63,989 nucleotides of DNA, filler included, from Octopus bimaculoides (GCF_001194135.2; 7 parts of 7 records of this genome joined end to end with filler, not necessarily neighbours in it); one strand, 5' to 3'; numbered from the whole stretch's first letter, positions 26,270-40,702 are shown. Numbers and translations are program-made. Notes: generated by a model not told the origin, from the letters alone.

Positions 26270-26640
26270 GTGGCGGCGCAATGGCCCAGTGATTAGGGCA
26301 GCGGACTCGCGGTCATAGGATCGCGGTTTCGATTCCCAGACCGGGCGTTGTGAGTGTTTATTGAGCGAAAACACCTAATGCTCCACGGGTATGGTGGCGA
26401 ACCCTGCTGTACTCTTTCACCACAACTTTCTCTCACTCTTTCTTCCTGTTTCTGTTGTACCTGTAATTCAAAGGGTCAGCCTTGTCACACTGTGTCACGC
26501 TGAATATCCCCGAGAACTACGTTAAGAGTACACGTGTCTGTGGAGTGCTCAGCCACTTGCACGTTAATTTCACGAGTAGGCTGTTCCGTTGATAGGATCA
26601 ACTGGAAACCTCGACGTCGTAAGCGACGGAGTGCCAACAC
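26270..26640 (+). mobile_element. SINE family B with 11-bp TSD
   Basis: ATTTCAAAAGT at about 26259-26269 and 26643-26653. Confidence 0.92.
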
Positions 26641-27199
26641 ACATTTCAAAAGTCTATGAGGGAGATTTGGCTGCCCAATATTCTGGGAGATCTACATAGA
26701 GGCTTCCGTGTTTAGATGTAATGATGACATAAAGTCAAGACGTATGTAATATTTTTGAAGATATATGTATATATATATATATATATAAGGGGACACCTTT
26801 CCTTAATACATAAACACACACAAACACATACACAAGCACGGCCGTCTGTGTAATCAATTGTTGTATTGTATTTTTGATTTTAACTTATGGCAACTGGTTA
26901 TTACTTTTACTTTAAGACAACTGGTTTCACTTTAGGACAGCTAGTTATTTGGTATTCTGTTGTTCTGTCTTCTTTCGATCATATGTTAAAATCAGAAATT
27001 ATTGACATATCGGCACACTGGCACCAGGAAGATACTTGGCGGCTTTTCATCCGTCTTTAAGCTGAAGATCAATAAAAGATTGTTAGCAGCCACAAACAGT
27101 TATCTCTTCTGCCTACATTTCTAACCTTCTATTTAAAACTCAGCTTGTTGCAGCTGGTACGTACAAATGGTTCGTTAATGACAGCTGATCTTTAACGTA

Positions 27200-28950
27200 C
27201 CAGCTGTTCACTCCCCGAAAACAAAGGCCATGTGTTCTTTGTTAATCTCAACAACTTTGTGGAACTATGTTGTACTGTCACGCAATTCTGCTGTTTGTAT
27301 AGGTTTCATTATATTTTTATGTCAAATCTTATTATTGACACAGCATATACCTTTTTCATTGACAATATCTTTCATAATTATCTTTTCAAAACCTCATATC
27401 TCGTAAGTTTTTCTGCCTCTCTTCTGGCGGGCACGATTTTCCCCTTAGTCTACCAGCACAATATCTGATTTTCGATGCTCAGTTCCATGGTCACAATAGA
27501 TCATGAACTCAAAAGATATCTTGGCTCTGTTCATACCACTTTCTCTCCTTTTCTAATCCACACTCGTTACATAGTTTCAAACGAACCATTCTGGCAACAT
27601 TGCCATGTCTTCTCATGTATTCTCGCCGAGCCAATTTGCTGCATCAATTAAAATATGCCAGACTGCTTCCCCAGTTTCACCACGCTTTCCTCATTTGTCA
27701 GGTTTTCAGAAATGGTTAATTCTGTGCTTAATGTTCCTCTCCTCTACATATCAAGGTCTTCGTTTCATCTTGTCCTGATTGCTTTCCATATGTAAGAAAC
27801 CAGTCTTCTTTACTGCACCAGTTGAGCTTCCTTTAAATCTTTTATTTTACCAAGCAATATTGTTTTCTCTCTGAGTATACTTCTCAAACATGATCAATCC
27901 CGGTCTCTTCTTTCTATTTGGTAAGGTAAAGCCTATGAACATTACTTTTCAGGTGGAACGCACCGTATATTATCAGCTGTTTTCTTATTTTCTCATCCAG
28001 AGTTTTCAGAGTCTCTGTTCACCAACATATCGCTCCTGCATCATATCTGAAAAGAGCAATTTCGCAAGTATTTGTTCCTTGGAACGCATCCCGACCATTT
28101 AGTTCAGTCTTCAAAATCATTCTGTCTTCTGTAATACTCCTGAGAGTTTATCTTCTTCATTTGGTTTGGCATTAGCTCGCCGACTTCCAATATGCTCAGA
28201 CACTGGTATTGCTCTTTCTTTATTCTCTTCTCTTCATTAAGTCTATCGAGGGTAACTTCACACCGTCCACTTGTTGGACCTCACCTCTTTTTAGAATCGC
28301 CATTCCACACTTTTTCAGTCAAGACACCATTCGAATGCATATGCTAAAGCAACGCATTGTTTGAATCAGTGAATTCATCCGGATTTCATTGCTCAGCATC
28401 TGTGTTTCTCGGTGTTTCTCAAATGCAGCAGTAGAATGCACAATTTAAAAAGCAAAGTGACAAACTATCTTCTTGAAAGATCTTGATTAGGCAAAGCCTA
28501 AACTCTACCACCCTCATCTGGGTTTAGTGGCTCATTCATTTATACTTCTGTTCAATACTTTGACATCGGTGCAATTTCCACAAGCGACAGATAGTCCAGG
28601 AATGATGAATCTATCGTAATCTTCAGGTAATATATCCACACAACCCCCACATTTGGTTTATTAGGAGTGAAGCATAATTTCTCCTAATTACAGTTTTACT
28701 TAAAATCTTGTTTGTTGTAGACCTCGTGTATCATTCTAATAGCATCCTAACTCCATTCCATAATGAGTAAGATAACAGTATTTTACTCACAGTATAATTG
28801 TCTGAATTTGACTGCTAATTATTTCAAATTCAGACATTTTGGAAGTACTGAACCTTCATTTAGGTTTACTGAGAAATTGAGACTTAGAGATATAACATAC
28901 GTTGTGTCCAGGGATAGCTTTGTACTCCTTCCTCTATACTACGGGTAGTG
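27200..28950 (-). mobile_element. Decayed R4/Dong-like RT-REL ORF
   Basis: Frameshifted motifs KIFQEDSLS (GIFQGDSLS), KKCGMAILKRGEVQQVDGVKLP, QEYYRR, EAEKLTRYE. Confidence 0.75.
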
Positions 28951-29329
28951 GAGATTTCTTTAGCTGCTTGACTTACAGACAAATTTGTGTCTGGGCAAGA
29001 TCTTTTCTACATGTTAGTGACATTCTTGTCTAGTAGCTATTATACAACATGTTCAGGCTAAATTCGATAGTTTGCATAAACTGAGATGAAAACGCACTAT
29101 CTCATTCAAAAATAAAAATCGAAAATTTTAACTAAACTATGAATGAATGATAGCAGTTGCTCAAAGTAGCCGTCCTCAGCTTCCGCCATGGCGTTGGTGT
29201 CTTTTTCAAGCATTAACCCCACACATAATTATACATAGGATTACAATCGTCCTAACAAACATCAGTGGTAGCTATAATTGCTGTAGAATATCTGTAGAGA
29301 TAACTTTAACAGATAACATTGGTCAACAC

Positions 29330-30420
29330 GATTTTTGGTGCCAAGAAACAAAACACGTTTTTTTTTAGCTAATTTGAAGTCGCTGATTCCGAAAATGACC
29401 TTAGTTTTTCATGGTTAGCTACCGTTTCTGCTGTACTGAAATTGCTCATTTTTGGAAAAAAGATCAATTTACGATCTTGGTTGATCGCAAAATTTAGTTA
29501 AAAAAGGTAGTAGAAACCCATAAATTTTCAGGTAGGCAGAGTAGTTTATGTCAGCCACCTGTTTTTGAGTAAAATCTTTTAAAAAAGAATTACTGAATTT
29601 TTCCAATTTATTGCCAAAATTCAAATTAACTGATAAACTTTATCAGTAATACACTTTAGTAAACCTGATAATTAAAGTGACATAAAAAAGTGAAACCCTA
29701 CGATCTTCTGTTTGATATTCATTAACTTATCGCATCACTTTTATCCCTTCAATACCGAAGGAAACCAAGCACATTAAGAGCTTTTGGTTTCACATTTGGA
29801 AAAAAAAAAACTCTAACTAAAGACATCCTAATTGAATGCACCTATTCCATGGTACATGATGAACATCATGAAAATGGTTTTACCATTACATTTGGCTTCA
29901 GGTACCCGAAAAGTGCTGAGATACGCTATTCCTATGATCTGGCGTGAGCCAAAGAATTACTCTGACGAATGTTACCTCTGCTCAGTCAGTTTTGCAGGAC
30001 TGAACCAAAAGAAACGCAGGTCTATCGTCTATTCCAGTCTTCATTCCGCTATTCGACTAGTGCAGTATTAAGATGATTTGCCAACCACATATTTTCACGA
30101 CAAATTGTTGGAAGTTGTTGAAAATGACGAGTCTGATATTGGTGTAAATAAGGGAGACAGCGAAAACGATCCTATGTTCCCAAAACCGTGCCAGAGCCGT
30201 TGAACCAAAATGAGCTGAATGATTTGGTTCGAGACTTAAATCTACGTAAAGAATCAGCAGAGATTTTGGTCTCTAGGCTCAACGAAAAACACATGTTAGC
30301 TTGGACATCGTCTTACGCAATCGCTGGGCCGAAAACTACAATCAGTTAGTGGGAAAGCTGTTGAAAAGTCTACCGGTCATCGGCGCGAATATGAATATTA
30401 GGGTTCAGTTTTTACTTTTA
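29330..30420 (+). mobile_element. Internally deleted DDE transposon remnant, Sola-like
   Basis: YAIPMIWREPKNYSDECYLC..YSSLHSAIRLV and LNQNELNDLVRDLNLRKESAEILVSRLNEK; superfamily label from recall only. Confidence 0.6.
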
Positions 30421-30623
30421 AAGGCTTTGATGAACTGATGATAAACTGTTTATGCTTCAAATTTTTATAATTTTTTACTTCTATTTGATAAGATGAGATG
30501 CATTGAAACTAGTAATATTTTCTTTATATAATTTGTTATTAATTATTTCTATTAAATTCCCTCTTAAATTGAAATATTTTAGACCTACATCTGTGCAATT
30601 TCCACCTCAATCTGATACACGCA

Positions 30624-30713
<90 letters not shown>

Positions 30714-30967
30714 TATATATATATATAAGCAAAAAGGGAGGAATTTCGATTATTCCCACGTGGTGAGTTGTTATGCAAAAATAAAACAATATTAATATAT
30801 ATATAAATTATAAGTTAGAGGTGTTTAAACCCTCTAAGGGATAAATGTATCCAGAGGCACTCCTGGTAATTATCTCAGTAAATATGGTCCTTGTTATAAG
30901 GTATGTGGCAGCAGGTAATTTAAAAGCTAAACCGTAGTTTAATGTGTATATATAGGGTCTATATATC

Positions 30968-31013
<46 letters not shown>

Positions 31014-31030
31014 NNNNNNNNNNNNNNNNN

Positions 31031-31071
<41 letters not shown>

Positions 31072-31606
31072 CAAAGAATAAGGTATTCAGAGAGCTGGTT
31101 GGTTGTACATATACAAATATTTATTAACATGTCACATGTTTTTACAAATCACCTATAAGCGCTTTCGTCTACTCAAATAGAATCTTCAGATTTAAATTTT
31201 GTGAAGGGATTTGTCTCTTTTTATAATATTAGTGAATAGGTTGGGGTGGAGAGAGAGGGGGAGGAAAGAGTAATGTGGAGTATACAGAGTAGGAAAAGAG
31301 GGAGAGGAGTGGGGAGATAGTGCAGAGAGAAAGTGAGAAGCAAAGGGAGTATGTGTGTGTGTGTATGCGCGCGCGGTTGCGCCTGTGTATCTGGAAGGAA
31401 GCATTTTGAACAAGAGACAAAGAGAAAAGGAAAAGAATATATATATTTTAAGTAGGTGGCTAGAATAGATGCTTAAGTAGGTGGCTAGAATAGCTCACCA
31501 TGAGGTCTGAAAGAAAGATGTTTTCAAAGTGAAGAAATGTATTTTTTCTTAATGTCAATGGAAAAGAGAAGGAACGAAAGGAAGGAAGGAAGAAAGAAAG
31601 AAGGAA

Positions 31607-31640
<34 letters not shown>

Positions 31641-32089
31641 AGGAAAAAAATGTGTTTATATCCATACAGTTGGTCAGTTCTCTCAATACAAGATGACAAG
31701 TTGATTATTGGTCTGTAAAAATGGCAGGACCAGGTGGTTATTCTAAGGGGGGGGGGTCTGTTTTGATGAGGAATAATAAAAGTTATTTTTCAAAAATTTG
31801 TCTGGATTTATCATCATCATCATCATTGTCCAGTGCTTGATTCCGATGCTGGTATGGGTTGGAAAATCTGGATGCAAGAATGTTTCTATTCATANNNNNN
31901 NNNNNNNNNNNNNNNNNNNNNNNNNNNNNNNNNNNNNNNNNNNNNNNNNNNNNNNNNNNNNNNNNNNNNNNNNNNNNNNNNNNNNNNNNNNNNNNNNNNN
32001 NNNNNNNNNNNNNNNNNNNNNNNNNNNNNNNNNNNNNNNNNNNNNNNNNNNNNNNACACACACACACACACACACACACATTTGCATAT

Positions 32090-32400
32090 ATCTTAGAGTT
32101 CCAGATGGGTTTATAAGGAAGTCGATGTGAATTTTATATTTTCAGCCATTTAGTTTGGGGGAAATATAGCTATGAAGTCTTGTTCCATATTTTTTCTTAA
32201 GAGGGTGTCATTTCTTGGGCATTTATAGAAGGGAAAGATCTTGAATCTTCCTTCTCCACATGTTTCTAAGTGTTTACTTAGTGGATCTTTTTGTAGCTCT
32301 CCCTGTCGGATATGTTGTCGGTGAATTCTCTCTGAATATACTCCTCAAAAATTATCAATGAAGGATCCTTTCTCCATTGGCAAGAAATCTTGAAATTAAC
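32090..32400 (-). mobile_element. Penelope-like GIY-YIG C-terminal remnant
   Basis: RQHIRQGELQKDPLSKHLETCGEGRFKIFPFYKCPRNDTLLRKNMEQDFI. Confidence 0.65.
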
Positions 32401-33309
32401 TGAATAGTGACAAACATACACTAAAATTCGAGAACAAAATATGAAGTAGAGGAGAATTTGGTGTGCAATTAATCTGGCTGGCTCTCAAAATATTAATAGA
32501 TAATTTGTACAACACCACATTGATCTAGCTTTGGTGTTCCTTCCAAGCCTTCAACATCAGGCAAAATAAATGTGCACCAGTGTATTAGATGTATAGAAGA
32601 CAAACATTACCAGAAAAAAAAAAATATTCCTATATACCAAATACTCAAACCATTAGATAAGGCTCGACTAAACTCCTCTTTGTCTTCCTTGTGACTAAGG
32701 TTAAGAAAATAAAAAGAATCTGCATCTCAAAAAGATCAGAATTCTGAAAAGGAACACTGTCATTTGAGTTTCTCAGCATAAAGATATAAAGAATGGTTAC
32801 ATCATAACGATTCCCTGTAGCCTGTTGTCCAAGTGAAACGTGAACGTACCTAAATGTGAGGGTTGAAAACCATGAAAATGATTTAATGAAAGTGTGAGAC
32901 ACAGTAAATCATGCAGTGTATCATCATTGAAAAATATTACGATTTGTTGTTTGTAAAATGAAAGGTGTCATATGTCTGTCTATGATAAGGAAATGATATA
33001 AATGCTGGTTGTTTGGTTGTTTAATTGCTCTTGTCATAAGTTATATCGTACAGAAAAACGAGGGAGAAAGAAGAAAAAGAGATCTAGGAGGTGAGTTCAC
33101 ACACTAGGTTTGATGGCAGGTGATGAGTAAAAGAATGCTATACCCATATCCGCACTCAGTGAGAGAGAAAAGAATCATAGAGATAAACAAGGACCCGGAG
33201 TAAATGACAAAGGAGTTACAGGAGGAGTTTTCAAATAAAAAATAAATTGTTTTCCGTCAATAAAATCACAACAGCGATTGGTATATCCATGTTCAAATGT
33301 CAGAAACAT

Positions 33310-33530
33310 ATTGGTTTCAAATTTTGGCACAATGCCAGCTATTTCGGTGGAAGGAGTTAGTTGATTATATCGACTCCAGAGCTCCAATGATCGTATTTGA
33401 TCGGCCCTGAAAGGATGAATCGCAAAGTCAACCAACGTCGGCTGAATTTCAACTTCGAATGCACAGACGCACGAAACACCGCTAATCATTTTGTCCGAGC
33501 GTGCTATCAGTTCTCCCAGCTCACTGGCTT
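33310..33530 (-). mobile_element. SINE family D (Nin/Deu-like core)
   Basis: Core CCCTGAAAGGATGAATCGCAAAGTCAACC; tail TTTCAAATTTTGGCACAA. Confidence 0.75.
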
Positions 33531-34227
33531 TGGGATCAATTTAATAGTTCTAAAACTATCTTGACTTTAAACGAGGTTGTAAAAACAGAATGAATATGGT
33601 GCAATAAATTACTGGTACATAGATGAATCGACTACTTTTCTAGTAGATCTTGTGAAGAAGAAAAACCTCATTTTTATGTTATGCTTTTATATGAAGAAAT
33701 GCATGCCATTGAGCAAAGATATACCGTTTTGGGGAAGAGCATAATGTTACATTTATAGAAATTATCTATGAAAATCCAGTGAAAAAATCGAAACGTTGTA
33801 TAGCCATGCAAGGTATATAACAGAAAGTTTAATAAATATCAAAATCGCCAGTTATTTTACAGTCGTAGCATCGAAAAAAAAATCTATAAAAAATCTTGTC
33901 ATTCTGATAATTGATAGTGTATCTCGACAATTGCAAGAGAAGATTGTGGTAATTATCAGCGAAATACGAGAAAGAATCGAGAATTTGGTAGAGACTTTAT
34001 TTATGTGGCAAATATATTGATTATTCATCTAAACAGCAATTAAAGTCCTGAATTAATGAAGAGATTTATCTTCAGGAAATTCCAGTGTGCCACGTCTTTT
34101 GAATTTAAATGTCTGGCAACAAAAAAGGAAAGTAGTCACTTCTCATCCGTATCACATGTTCAGTGAGAAACATTACACCATCCAAATACTTGATATTCGG
34201 TTTCAATAATAATCAATAAAATATCGA

Positions 34228-34265
<38 letters not shown>

Positions 34266-34659
34266 NNNNNNNNNNNNNNNNNNNNNNNNNNNNNNNNNNN
34301 NNNNNNNNNNNNNNNNNNNNNNNNNNNNNNNNNNNNNNNNNNNNNNNNNNNNNNNNNNNNNNNNNNNNNNNNNNNNNNNNNNNNNNNNNNNNNNNNNNNN
34401 NNNNNNNNNNNNNNNNNNNNNNNNNNNNNNNNNNNNNNNNNNNNNNNNNNNNNNNNNNNNNNNNNNNNNNNNNNNNNNNNNNNNNNNNNNNNNNNNNNNN
34501 NNNNNNNNNNNNNNNNNNNNNNNNNNNNNNNNNNNNNNNNNNNNNNNNNNNNNNNNNNNNNNNNNNNNNNNNNNNNNNNNNNNNNNNNNNNNNNNNNNNN
34601 NNNNNNNNNNATATATATATATATATACATGTATATGTGTGTCTGTCTGTTTTTATCCA

Positions 34660-34850
34660 ACTGTACCGCATCACAACTGCTGTTGGTGTACTTACGTCCC
34701 CGTAACTTAGCGGTTCAGGGAAAGAGGCCGGTGGAATATGTACCAATTAAAAAAATAAATACAAGGGTCGATTTCTTTAATTAAAAGCACCTGATGGCGG
34801 GACCCTTTCATGGCCGCAGTCAAATGACTGAAACAAGTAAAAGATAAAAT
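34660..34850 (+). mobile_element. SINE family A 3' half
   Basis: Tail match GCAGTCAAATGACTGAAACAAGTAAAAGA. Confidence 0.8.
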
Positions 34851-35379
34851 GAAACCTCCCCCTCTCTCTCTCACACACATACACCCATATGCACGTATAA
34901 GTATGTATGTATATAAGTTATATACAAACAAACATACATATTTAAGTTTGTATATGTACAATGTGCATAAATATAATAAATAGCAGAGTAACGTACCACC
35001 ATGCAGCCACATGCACAGGCGCATTCAACTAAATAAATTTACTCAATATTTTGAAATAAATTTTTTGAAACTGTTCACTAGTAAATGTCAGATGAAAGAT
35101 AGTTGCTATTCAGAAATAATTTGAGCTGCAAGCGGGAAACTGCTGGAGTTTTCCTCATATCTCATTAGTGCTTTAGTAAATTAAGCCAAAATAAACCAAT
35201 AATTTTTTCCTAGTCAATTACTCGAATTTAACAAGACTTTCATACAAGAAACAAAATCATGTTTGAAATGTAGATTTTTATCTCCTCACAGATAGTAAAA
35301 CTCAAAACTGCTAACACGCTTATAAGGTAATATTTATCTCCACTTCAAAGTAGATGTTGTGTTAAATGACAAAAGACTG

Positions 35380-35571
35380 CAATAGTTACCGGGAACGAAC
35401 CTCTCAAACGCATTTGTGGCGCTTATAAGTACTCTTGTTTACATAGCTAGCGGGAGATAAAGAACCGCCATCGCCACCGCAAGGACTAACAAATCACGTG
35501 ATTTTGTGTAAACATGAGAGCTTCCATGGACCACAGAAACCATATAAGATGTACTCTCGTGGTAACTATTG
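35380..35571. mobile_element. ~190-bp element with 11-bp TIR (MITE-like)
   Basis: CAATAGTTACC ... GGTAACTATTG. Confidence 0.5.
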
Positions 35572-36219
35572 AAGTTTCCGGTGTTCTAACACAACAACCA
35601 GTTTTAAGTGCGGCTAAATATCACCTTTTGATACTAATAAAACTTCTGTCGCTATTAATTATTTGTTAAAACTCTTATATGTAACAATAGTCTGAGATGT
35701 GTTCGTGTTCAGACGCCATACTGACTTCAGGATTGTACAGAGCCTACAAGACTTTTGGTAAGGAGAGTGAAAGTTATTGCTAAGTCGTAGACCAGGACTG
35801 AGAAGTACCCAAGGTGTAGCTGCTAACGTTAAACAAAGAAGTGGTGTACTCTATGTCACCAACGTAGGAATAGTGTCTCCAACAGTCTTCCACACAGTCG
35901 TCCAAACATTCATCCATTACATTTCACTAACAAAGCTTTGGTAAACATAAGACTACAATTAAAAACACATATTCGAAGGCTGAGCACTGACTTTGAACTC
36001 AAATCACTTATTTGTGAAGAAAACTTCTCAAAAAGAAAAAAAAAATAATGGCTACACCTGCATTCATGCGTAAATATCAATACACGAGATAATATTATAT
36101 TATAATATATAGAGTGGAGTAACTCTAATAATTATTTATAGTGTACAATATAATGTGAGGTAGATATCGACAACGCATGATAACAGTTTGTGTAACATTT
36201 ATGTAGAGGCTGAAAGATT

Positions 36220-36480
36220 ATATGGAGAGCAGAAAACATTATAGAGCTGAGCGCAGGTTGTAGAGTGAATAAAGAGTGATGTAAAGAAAAAAAGAGAGAC
36301 TATTCTAAAGAGATGAGTTTGTTGCAGGGAGAAGACACTCTAGTGAAGAACACTTGGGTTTGAGAAGGAAGACGGTAGAATGGAGAGAACTTGTGAAAGA
36401 GATAGAGACTGTTGTAATGATAAGTAATGTCGAAGATTGGACGGAAGAGTCGGGTATTGTGTGCATTCATAGCAAACGAG
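36220..36480 (-). mobile_element. CR1/L2-type LINE 3' end remnant
   Basis: HNTR...QVFFTRVSSPCNKL resembles the C-terminal FF.R....WN.L motif. Confidence 0.55.
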
Positions 36481-36582
36481 TTGCAAAACGTGTTACTTAT
36501 TCTCATTAAAATCAATTGAATTCATTAGAAGATATAATTGATTTATCTTGTTGTTCTATACCATTTTGTAAAATATTTGTCT

Positions 36583-36985
36583 AGGCGTAGGAGTGGCTGT
36601 GTGGTAAGCAGCTTGCTAACGAGCCACATGGTTCCGGGTTCATTCCCACTGCGTGGCACTTTGGGCAAACGTCTTCTGCTATAGCCTCAGGCTGACCAAA
36701 GCCTTGTGAGTGGATTTGGTAGACTGATAGACGCTCGTCGTATCTATCTATATATGTGTGTATGTGTGTGTGTGTGTATGTTTGTGTGTCTGTGCTTGTC
36801 CCCCAACATCACTTGACAACCGATGCTGGTGTGGTTACGTCCTCGTAAGCTAGCGGTTCAGCAAAACGAACCCGATAGAATAAGTACTAGGCTTGCAAAA
36901 TATAAGTCGTGGGGTCGATTTGCTCAACTAAAGGTGGTGCTCCAGCATGGCCACAGTCAAATGACTGAAACAAGTAAAAGAGTAA
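36583..36985 (+). mobile_element. SINE family A, full length
   Basis: Complete head, core and tail. Confidence 0.92.
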
Positions 36986-37120
36986 TTGGGAGATCTCCCC
37001 CAGTATACATTACCAATCACTTGCACATATCTTATCGACGGGACGAGTTCAACTTGTATTTTTCTACGAAATTCTTATTAGTTTGACGCCATTGCAGCCA
37101 TTGTTGGCTCTTTTTTATCT

Positions 37121-37350
37121 TTTCATCTTTTACTTGTTTCATTCATTCCTTAGGCTGCGGCCATGATTAGGCACTATCGACTTCTAGCTTATTTCTTCTT
37201 TAAACCCTTATTCTACTATCTATTGCCGAAATGCTAAATCACGGGGCGTAAACACACCAACACCGTTTGTTAAGCGGTGATGGTGGACAATCACACACAC
37301 GCAAACGCATATATACACATGCATATATATATATATATAAACACACACAC

Positions 37351-37387
<37 letters not shown>

Positions 37388-37495
37388 ACGATCTGCTTTC
37401 TCTTTCCGTCTGTCAAATCGCCTCACATGACTTTGGTCGACCAAAGGCTATTGTAGAAAACACTCACCCAAGGTACCATATAGTGGGACTGAACC
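37121..37495 (-). mobile_element. SINE family A, diverged
   Basis: Reverse-complement match, tail-to-tail with 36583-36985. Confidence 0.8.
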
Positions 37496-38040
37496 TTGTT
37501 ACTCAGCTACGAAAGCTTTAAAAGTAAAATTGACTTTAGCAGGATTGGAAACCAATACGTAAAAGAGCCAGAAGAAATGCTGTCAGGTATTGCTCCCCGA
37601 CTTTTGAACGACACTGTCAGTCAGCTATGCGTGAGTTTCTACTGATATCGGAAGTGAAAACACTGTCGAATTTGGAAGAATTGGTAGAAATGGCTCTTCA
37701 GAATCAAGGAAGTTAAAGAGGACAATAAAATTCAGCGTTCTTTTAACACAGTATTTTAATTAAAATTTAGTTGCGGTCGATATGTATATANNNNNNNNNN
37801 NNNNNNNNNNNNNNNNNNNNNNNNNNNNNNNNNNNNNNNNNNNNNNNNNNNNNNNNNNNNNNNNNNNNNNNNNNNNNNNNNNNNNNNNNNNNNNNNNNNN
37901 NNNNNNNNNNNNNNNNNNNNNNNNNNNNNNNNNNNNNNNNNNNNNNNNNNNNNNNNNNNNNNNNNNNNNNNNNNNNNNNNNNNNNNNNNNNNNNNNNNNN
38001 NNNNNNNNNNNNNNNNNNNNNNNNNNNNNNNNNNNNNNNN

Positions 38041-39207
38041 AGATGGCTGAACACTTTCTCCAGCGGTGTTGAAGCGGTATTATCCCGGCGTAGAAGAACT
38101 CTTTTCTTTGGGACTCCAAGAAACTTCCTACAGCGTCTATGACGTCATTGCCACTGGCAAAATGGCGACCAGCCAGGGCTTTTTTCCTTTTTGGAAATAG
38201 ATGAAAGTCAGAGGGGGCTAAGTCTGGCGGATGGGGAACAAGTTCGTTTCCCCTATCACGAATTGTTGCCATGGCAACCACTGAGGTGTGGGCTGGAACA
38301 TTGTCGTGATGAAAAAGGACTCCTCTGGTGAGTATTCCCGGCCTTTTTTCTTTGATTGCTTCTCGGAGGCGTTTCAGTAGCTGAGAATAATACAGCCCTG
38401 TCACGGTTTGACCCTTTTCAAGGTAATCGATCAGCAAGACAAAAACGGACGCCATGACCATGCCAGCTGAAGGAATGACCCTGGCTTTCTTTGGGGTGGG
38501 AGAAGATGTGTGCTTCCAGTTCTTTGATTGTTCTTTGGCTTCAGGCTGGTAGTGATGGACCCAACTTTCATCTATAGTAATGAAACGAGCAAGAAAAGTC
38601 TCTTCATCAGCTTCAAACAGTTCCAGATTGCTCGTGGACAAAGTGCACCTGGTGCGTTTCTCTTCAGGAATCAAAAGGCGAGGGACCCACCTTGAGGAAA
38701 CCTTTGAGAACGCAAGTTCTTTTGCCACGTTGTCGTCTGCTCTTTCAATTAAGATGCCCAGTCTCTCGGCTATCTGACGACATGATCTTGCATTATCATA
38801 CCAAGAGCAAGATCAAGGTTGTCTTTGGTGGTTGCAGTTAGAGGTCTCACTGGTCTTGAATCATCTTCCACACTCTCCCTGCCACACTTGAATTCATTTA
38901 CCCAGCGTTCGACTGTTGCATATGAAGGAACATTGTCTGTTAAGGTTCTCACGATATCTTCATGGATTTCTGATGGAGTCATGCCTTTCAAATGAAGATA
39001 CTTTTTGACAGCACGATACTCAGTTTTCTCCATTTTCCTTGTAAATTCGAAGCTTGTTTATTCAAAAATCTGCAGCAAATAAAATTAAAATATCAAAATC
39101 ATGAAAATGAGCAAGAATACTCCGAAAAGACTGTACTTACCAGAAAATATTGTTTCAACTATATAAGCAGCCCCGATTCTAGGTTAGGCACAAAACTTTT
39201 CAGACAC

Positions 39208-39210
<3 letters not shown>
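38041..39210 (-). mobile_element. mariner (irritans-like) with largely readable but defective transposase
   Basis: MEKTEYRAVKKYLHLKG, RWVPRLL, ITIDESWVHHY, FHHDNVPAH, PHPPDLAPSDFHLF (YSP missing); frameshift near 38750; 5' TIR GGGTGTCTGAAAAGTTT; 3' end in gap. Confidence 0.95.
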
Positions 39211-39263
<53 letters not shown>

Positions 39264-40702
39264 GTATGTGTTTGTGTGTGTGTCTGTGCGTGTGCGTGTA
39301 TGTGGGAATGTATGTGTGTGTGTGTATCTTTGTTTGTAACCGCACTTATTTTCGAGAAGCTTAATCTCCCCCAGAAAATACTTTATAGTCTTGAAGTCAA
39401 TTATTTTGGGTGACTTTGAGTCGGAAATGAGAAATGTTTTTATTGATAAAATAGTATTATCTAATAGCTGTTCAATAAACTAGAAAACAAAACCTAATTT
39501 TGTAGCCCTTTTCATGTTGATATCTCAAAATGTCTTAATTGTATATATATATTGTAACATAGTGAAGGTTGATATATTTGTAATAACGTGATGTGTGAAA
39601 AACAACAAAAAAAAACAAACACTTTTTTGAAATACGCCGACGAGAATACAGGAATTTCTTTATAATCTGAAGTATTTTGCAAATGAAAAGATGTATAAGC
39701 ATTAACATTTTTATCCCTGGTGAAAACAGTGAAATTTAGAGAGAGAAACCTTCTATAGCCAATTCATATTAACTTATAAAAAAAAACAAAAAGAAAAAAA
39801 AACAAGCAAATTATCTGTAGATCCAAACAATTGCATTTTGTTGCCAGATAATTTGGGATAGTATAAGAAATAGTTTAAAATCCATATTCGCTTCTTCGTT
39901 TTCTCTCTCTTCTTGTCAGGAATTATTGGCTGTAAAGCGATTAAAGGAATGCTAAACAAGGATGCTGCGTTAATCGCAATCGTATTAAATAGAATTATTG
40001 AAACCGTCAGTTCAATTCAATATGTAAATATGAGATGAACTGATGTTAACGAAATTATAATTTCTTTAGGTTGTTTGCATTGTCTTTAAAGATTAAAAAT
40101 GCTGGAATTCTAAAACAATTACCTTTCAATTAGGTAAACATCCGACCGTCATCAGGTGTCTTACTCCTGACTGTATTTCTACAACCTACAGCAATTAACA
40201 GATAATTCCCTTTCGTTTCAAAATAGAGAATTCACTTTCCAGTTTAGTTCGATGCAATCCGGAATGAGATGCCTAATGAAAGCGAATCGAAGCAAATCTA
40301 AAGGCTATACACATGTTAATAATGAAGAATTTTCAATCCCTAAATTTTGAACAATTGTTATTATACAAATCACACGCGCGCGCGCGTACGGAAAGAGAGA
40401 AAGAGAAGGCGACAGTGAATGAGAGAGGGAGGGGTTGAGGGAGAGAGAGGGGGAGAGAGCTACATTTAATCAATTAGATTTACGTCTAAGTTTAAAGAAT
40501 AATGTTTAACGTTTTGTGCGAACGCAAACCGCGAAGAGAGAGAGAGAGAGAATACCTAACCATGTAGGCAACAGTATATTACTAGTACATATTTTATCCA
40601 AGTTGAATTTAGAGCTTTTCTTCTGCCCATCACGGTAGGCTTTCTGCCGTTCATCATTTGATTACATGTCATGTGACTCTAAATTTTCTTTATTTTCTCC
40701 CT

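Noticed and set aside
40120-40165. Minus-strand CTGATGA..GAAA as hammerhead
   Set aside because: Stem II offset from GAAA by several bases; too degenerate.
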